Below, piece after piece: positions 60,578 to 64,000 of a DNA stretch of 64,000 nt. Position numbers and translations under genes: made by a program. The stretch is taken from NCBI GenBank assembly GCA_045644765.1, contig JAZRHM010000033.1, forward strand, positions 4,790-68,789, given 5' to 3'. The stretch's first letter is position 1; the number at the start of each line of letters is the position of its first letter. The notes under the pieces are model-generated. The model worked only from the letters and a program-made list of their open reading frames with translations, had not been told where the DNA came from and did not search any database. The stretch comes from Alphaproteobacteria bacterium (GTDB lineage Bacteria > Pseudomonadota > Alphaproteobacteria > RF32 > CAG-239).

Positions 60578-62749
60578 CTATTGACCCAAATCTGCTAAAA
60601 CTTCTTTTCTTAAAGTCAGATTATCAATTTTACCGGTTGCTGTTGTCGGAATTTTTTCTTTTATCAAAATGGTTTTTGGTAAATACAGTTCCGGATATCC
60701 GTTATTTTTGATAAAATCTCTTAACATTTCTACCGTTAATGAACTATCGGTTGTTACAACCACAATTTGCTCACCTTTATGTTCATGAGGCACGGAAACA
60801 ACACCGCAAGCAAAATCTTCTTTATCTTCATAAGCCTTACAAATCATATTTTCTACAGCTTTTAAAGATACCATTTCACCACCGATTTTTGCAAAACGTT
60901 TAATGCGGTCTTTGATAGTAATAAAGCCGATTTCATCAATTTCGACTACATCACCTGTTTTATACCAACCATCAACAGGTGGAACCAAAACTCCGGGATT
61001 TTCAGCCAAAATATAACCTTTCATTACATTCGGACCTTTTACAACCAATTCTCCGCCCTTTTCGATACCATCAACTTTTTCTAACTTACATTCCATACCC
61101 GGACAAAGTTTTCCGATAGTACCAAACTTATTAAACACCATATTATTCCCGGCAACGGCAGGAGAGCATTCTGTCGTTCCATATGCTTCCATCAAACGAG
61201 TGCCGAGTTTTTCATTTAAAATATTTCTGGTTTCAAGTTTTACACCTTCAGCTCCTGCATATACTAAGCGAAGTGATGCAAAATCTAACGGGTGAGATAT
61301 TTTGGCATAACTTTTGAAGAAAGTATCTGTTCCGATCATTACCGTTGCGCTTAATTCATATAATAAATCGCTTATAACCCTAAAGTGTAAAGGTGAAGGA
61401 TATAAAAACACTTTAGCTCCTTGATACAGAGCAAATAATGTCCCCAAGACTAAACCGAAACTATGAAAAATCGGCATTGAATTTAAGATTATATCTGTTC
61501 TGTTTAAGGTTTCAAAAGTGGCAATTTGCCAAACGTTAGAAACAATATTACGATGCGAAAGCACCACAGCTTTAGGAGAACCTTCAGAACCTGATGTAAA
61601 TAAAATTGCCGCACTGTCATCAGGAGTTGCTTTATACGGAACATATTTTATTTTATATTGTAATAATGCTAAAATTTTAGCAAAAATAGAAACTTTTTTA
61701 GCAGCTTCTTCCAAATAAAAAACTTCGAATCCTTCTTCTTTAATAGCAGTTATGGTTTCTTCCAATCCGGCTTTTTTAACGAAAAGTTTTGAAGTAACAA
61801 CTTTTTTGCTTTTAACCGTTTTTAAACCGCTGATAATATTTTTAACGCCTGCACTGAAATTTATCATCACAGGAACCTGGCCATAGGCATTAAAACCGAA
61901 AAATGCACAAATTGCCGCAACCGAGTTCGGAAGCATTAAACCTATCGGCTCTTGATGTTCGGAACGTTGATTAAAAAAACGACCTAAAACGTATGATGCG
62001 AGCATAATATCCTTAAAACTTTTCGGTTTACGAGAAATATCTTCTATCACTTTTGGTCTGATTAATCCAAAACATCTTTTTGCATGTCTTTTGGCAGATT
62101 TAATCAGCTGAGTAAATACTGTCAATTTCGGATCATACATAGATTTGAAAGCTTGCTCACGCATAATCATATAAATTTCATTTGAAATATGATTACGTTG
62201 ATGCCTTAGTTCATCTTTTAGCTTTAACGGACGCGGAGCATCTACCACAATTTTGCATCTTGGGAAATAGTGATGCGGAAGTTTGCCGCCGGTTTTGGAA
62301 AAATATGACGAATATTGTAAACCATTAATCCAAACAGGAATAACCGGAGCATCTGTTTTATCTGCCAAAAGTCCGGCAGATTCATAAATCTTCATAATAT
62401 TTCCGTTGGTGGTCATGCGTCCTTCAGGAAATATAACACACAATCTTTCAGAGTTTACTTCCGTAATTAATTGTTTCAAATCAGGAATATCCAAATTGCC
62501 ATATTCCATAATATCGGCTGTTTTCATAAACAAACGCACCCAATAGTTACGATAAAGCTGTCCGTGCAATGCAAAAATAGGCCTACCCGGTAAAAAAGCA
62601 AACAACACTATCGGATCAACATAAGAAACATGGTTAGAAATGTAGATACCTTTTTTAGGTAAATCTTTCAAATCAAAATTTAACTCAAAACGAATCTTAA
62701 TAAGCCTGAAAAAGCATCTTAATAAAAAACGAACTGTATCTTGCAACAT
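60578..62749 (-). CDS. aas: Bifunctional 2-acyl-GPE acyltransferase / acyl-ACP synthetase
   Basis: N-terminal PlsC motifs SNHVSYVD and IFPEGR; C-terminal AMP-binding LFTSGSEGSPK, YGTTE, WYKTGD, KRFAKIGGEMVSL. Confidence 0.92.
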   Translation of the reverse strand: MLQDTVRFLLRCFFRLIKIRFELNFDLKDLPKKGIYISNHVSYVDPIVLFAFLPGRPIFALHGQLYRNYWVRLFMKTADIMEYGNLDIPDLKQLITEVNSERLCVIFPEGRMTTNGNIMKIYESAGLLADKTDAPVIPVWINGLQYSSYFSKTGGKLPHHYFPRCKIVVDAPRPLKLKDELRHQRNHISNEIYMIMREQAFKSMYDPKLTVFTQLIKSAKRHAKRCFGLIRPKVIEDISRKPKSFKDIMLASYVLGRFFNQRSEHQEPIGLMLPNSVAAICAFFGFNAYGQVPVMINFSAGVKNIISGLKTVKSKKVVTSKLFVKKAGLEETITAIKEEGFEVFYLEEAAKKVSIFAKILALLQYKIKYVPYKATPDDSAAILFTSGSEGSPKAVVLSHRNIVSNVWQIATFETLNRTDIILNSMPIFHSFGLVLGTLFALYQGAKVFLYPSPLHFRVISDLLYELSATVMIGTDTFFKSYAKISHPLDFASLRLVYAGAEGVKLETRNILNEKLGTRLMEAYGTTECSPAVAGNNMVFNKFGTIGKLCPGMECKLEKVDGIEKGGELVVKGPNVMKGYILAENPGVLVPPVDGWYKTGDVVEIDEIGFITIKDRIKRFAKIGGEMVSLKAVENMICKAYEDKEDFACGVVSVPHEHKGEQIVVVTTDSSLTVEMLRDFIKNNGYPELYLPKTILIKEKIPTTATGKIDNLTLRKEVLADLGQ

Positions 62750-62783
62750 AATTTATCCTCGTCTTTTCAATTGATTTTGCTTA

Positions 62784-62823
62784 ACTTTATAACAAATAAA
62801 TTGTTATGTAAAGTAGGCACTTT
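62784..62823 (-). promoter_or_regulatory. aas promoter with the same operator motif as fadL
   Basis: Minus strand AAGTGCCTAC-TTTACA-N17-TAAAGT; 14/15 match to the fadL upstream element. Confidence 0.6.
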
Positions 62824-62846
62824 AGAGATACTGATAAACAATTAAT

Positions 62847-62873
62847 AAAAAAGAGGCTTTTGCAAGCCCCTTT
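62847..62873 (-). terminator. Terminator of SemiSWEET gene
   Basis: Minus strand GGGGCTT-gcaa-AAGCCTC then T-run. Confidence 0.65.
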
Positions 62874-62899
62874 GTTTAGTGTAATTTAAGTGATTTAAA

Positions 62900-63181
62900 T
62901 TACTTCTTTGTTTTACATTTAATAATCATACAAACAATTATCAATGCAAAGAACAAAGAAATACCATTAAACAACATCATCTGCACAGAGTGTAAATATA
63001 CACCGTACAATATCCACGATACCATACCGATAATGTAAATGATGTACGTAAACAATGACAAACCGTCAACATTTTTACTACGAATTGTTTGAATGGTTTG
63101 AGGTAAAAATACAATTGCCGTACAAATACCTGCTAAATAGCCTAAAAATTCTCCAAAAAAATTTTCCATAATTGCTTCCAT
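62900..63181 (-). CDS. SemiSWEET / PQ-loop family transporter
   Basis: 3 TM, GYLAGICTAIVFLPQ, RSKNVDGLSL, WILYG; start may be 63169. Confidence 0.9.
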   Translation of the reverse strand: MEAIMENFFGEFLGYLAGICTAIVFLPQTIQTIRSKNVDGLSLFTYIIYIIGMVSWILYGVYLHSVQMMLFNGISLFFALIIVCMIIKCKTKK

Positions 63182-63303
63182 TAAAATTTAACTTACGGTT
63201 CTTATTATATATTTTATCATGTTCTTTGTCAATGAAATTGTTACACCTTCTTGACCTTCAAAAAAAAATATGTAAAATTGATATAAAGCTTAAAGGAAAT
63301 GAG

Positions 63304-64000
63304 ATGAAAAGAACAAAATATAACAACGTTAACGGTTGGCTTATTATTGATAAACAAAGAGATATAGGTTCAACCGATGTTGTAAATCAGACAAGGCGTT
63401 TACTCAATGCCAACAAAAACGGTCACGCAGGTACGTTGGATCCTTTTGCAACCGGCGTTTTACCGATTGCATTTGGTGAAGCAACAAAGCTCATTCCGTT
63501 TGTAACAGATGGTAAAAAAGAATATGAATTTATCTTAAAATTCGGAGTTGAAACAAACACAGATGATTCCGAAGGAACTGTTATAAACACATCAAATTAT
63601 ATTCCGACAGTTGATGAAATTTTAAAAGTTTTACCCCAATTTATAGGAACCATTAAACAAACTCCTCCTATCTATTCGGCTATTAAGATAAACGGGCAAA
63701 GAGCTTATAAGTTGGCAAGAGAAGGAAAAGAGGTTAATATTCCGGAACGCCAAGTTGAAATTTATTATTTAGATTTTTTAGAACAAATAAACGAATCGGA
63801 ATTCAAATTTAAAGTCGGTTGTTCAAAAGGCACATATATCAGAACTTTAGGTAAAGACATTGCCCTAAAATTAGGCACTTTGGGACATTTAAGCGAACTG
63901 AGAAGAACAAAATGCGCAATTTTTTCGCTTCAGGATACGATTTTACTGGAAAACTTAAAAAATATGGTGTATGAAGATGAAAGACTTTTGTCGCTTCTTC
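63304..64000 (+). CDS. truB: tRNA pseudouridine(55) synthase (3' end outside window)
   Basis: Translated by hand: NGWLIIDK, GHAGTLDPFATGVLPIAFGEATK, QTPPIYSAIKING, CSKGTYIRTL. Confidence 0.96.
   Translation, partial: MKRTKYNNVNGWLIIDKQRDIGSTDVVNQTRRLLNANKNGHAGTLDPFATGVLPIAFGEATKLIPFVTDGKKEYEFILKFGVETNTDDSEGTVINTSNYIPTVDEILKVLPQFIGTIKQTPPIYSAIKINGQRAYKLAREGKEVNIPERQVEIYYLDFLEQINESEFKFKVGCSKGTYIRTLGKDIALKLGTLGHLSELRRTKCAIFSLQDTILLENLKNMVYEDERLLSLL

Overview
AT-rich (roughly one-third GC by eye) core chromosomal region of an alphaproteobacterium. Evidence: ccrM, lpxI-lpxB, addAB-trxA, secB/Tim44/mltA/Smr, and split F1 and F0 atp operons. The low GC and rearranged gene order suggest a host- or gut-associated Rhodospirillales-like lineage (inference). 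About 68 CDS, nearly all housekeeping; no rRNA, tRNA, CRISPR array, prophage or intact transposase seen. Most notable points: (1) a full-length sucC-sucD pair with the catalytic phospho-His replaced by Tyr and coordinated loss of other active-site motifs, i.e. a probable repurposed pseudoenzyme complex coupled to comF; (2) a shared operator+promoter architecture upstream of fadL and aas, pointing to an HxlR-controlled fatty-acid scavenging regulon; (3) two secreted proteins built from a repeated 4-Cys module, facing a secreted CxxC protein; (4) an aspartyl peptidase / 7TM inactive transglutaminase / ATP-grasp ligase triad; (5) an orphan PilT/BfpF-like ATPase; (6) a very divergent ATP synthase c subunit; (7) strong CCGG enrichment with CCAG/CTGG scarcity; (8) a probable IS200-like left-end remnant; (9) tandem Ppx/GppA paralogues, one degenerate. 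All calls come from motif recognition by eye; no searches were run.
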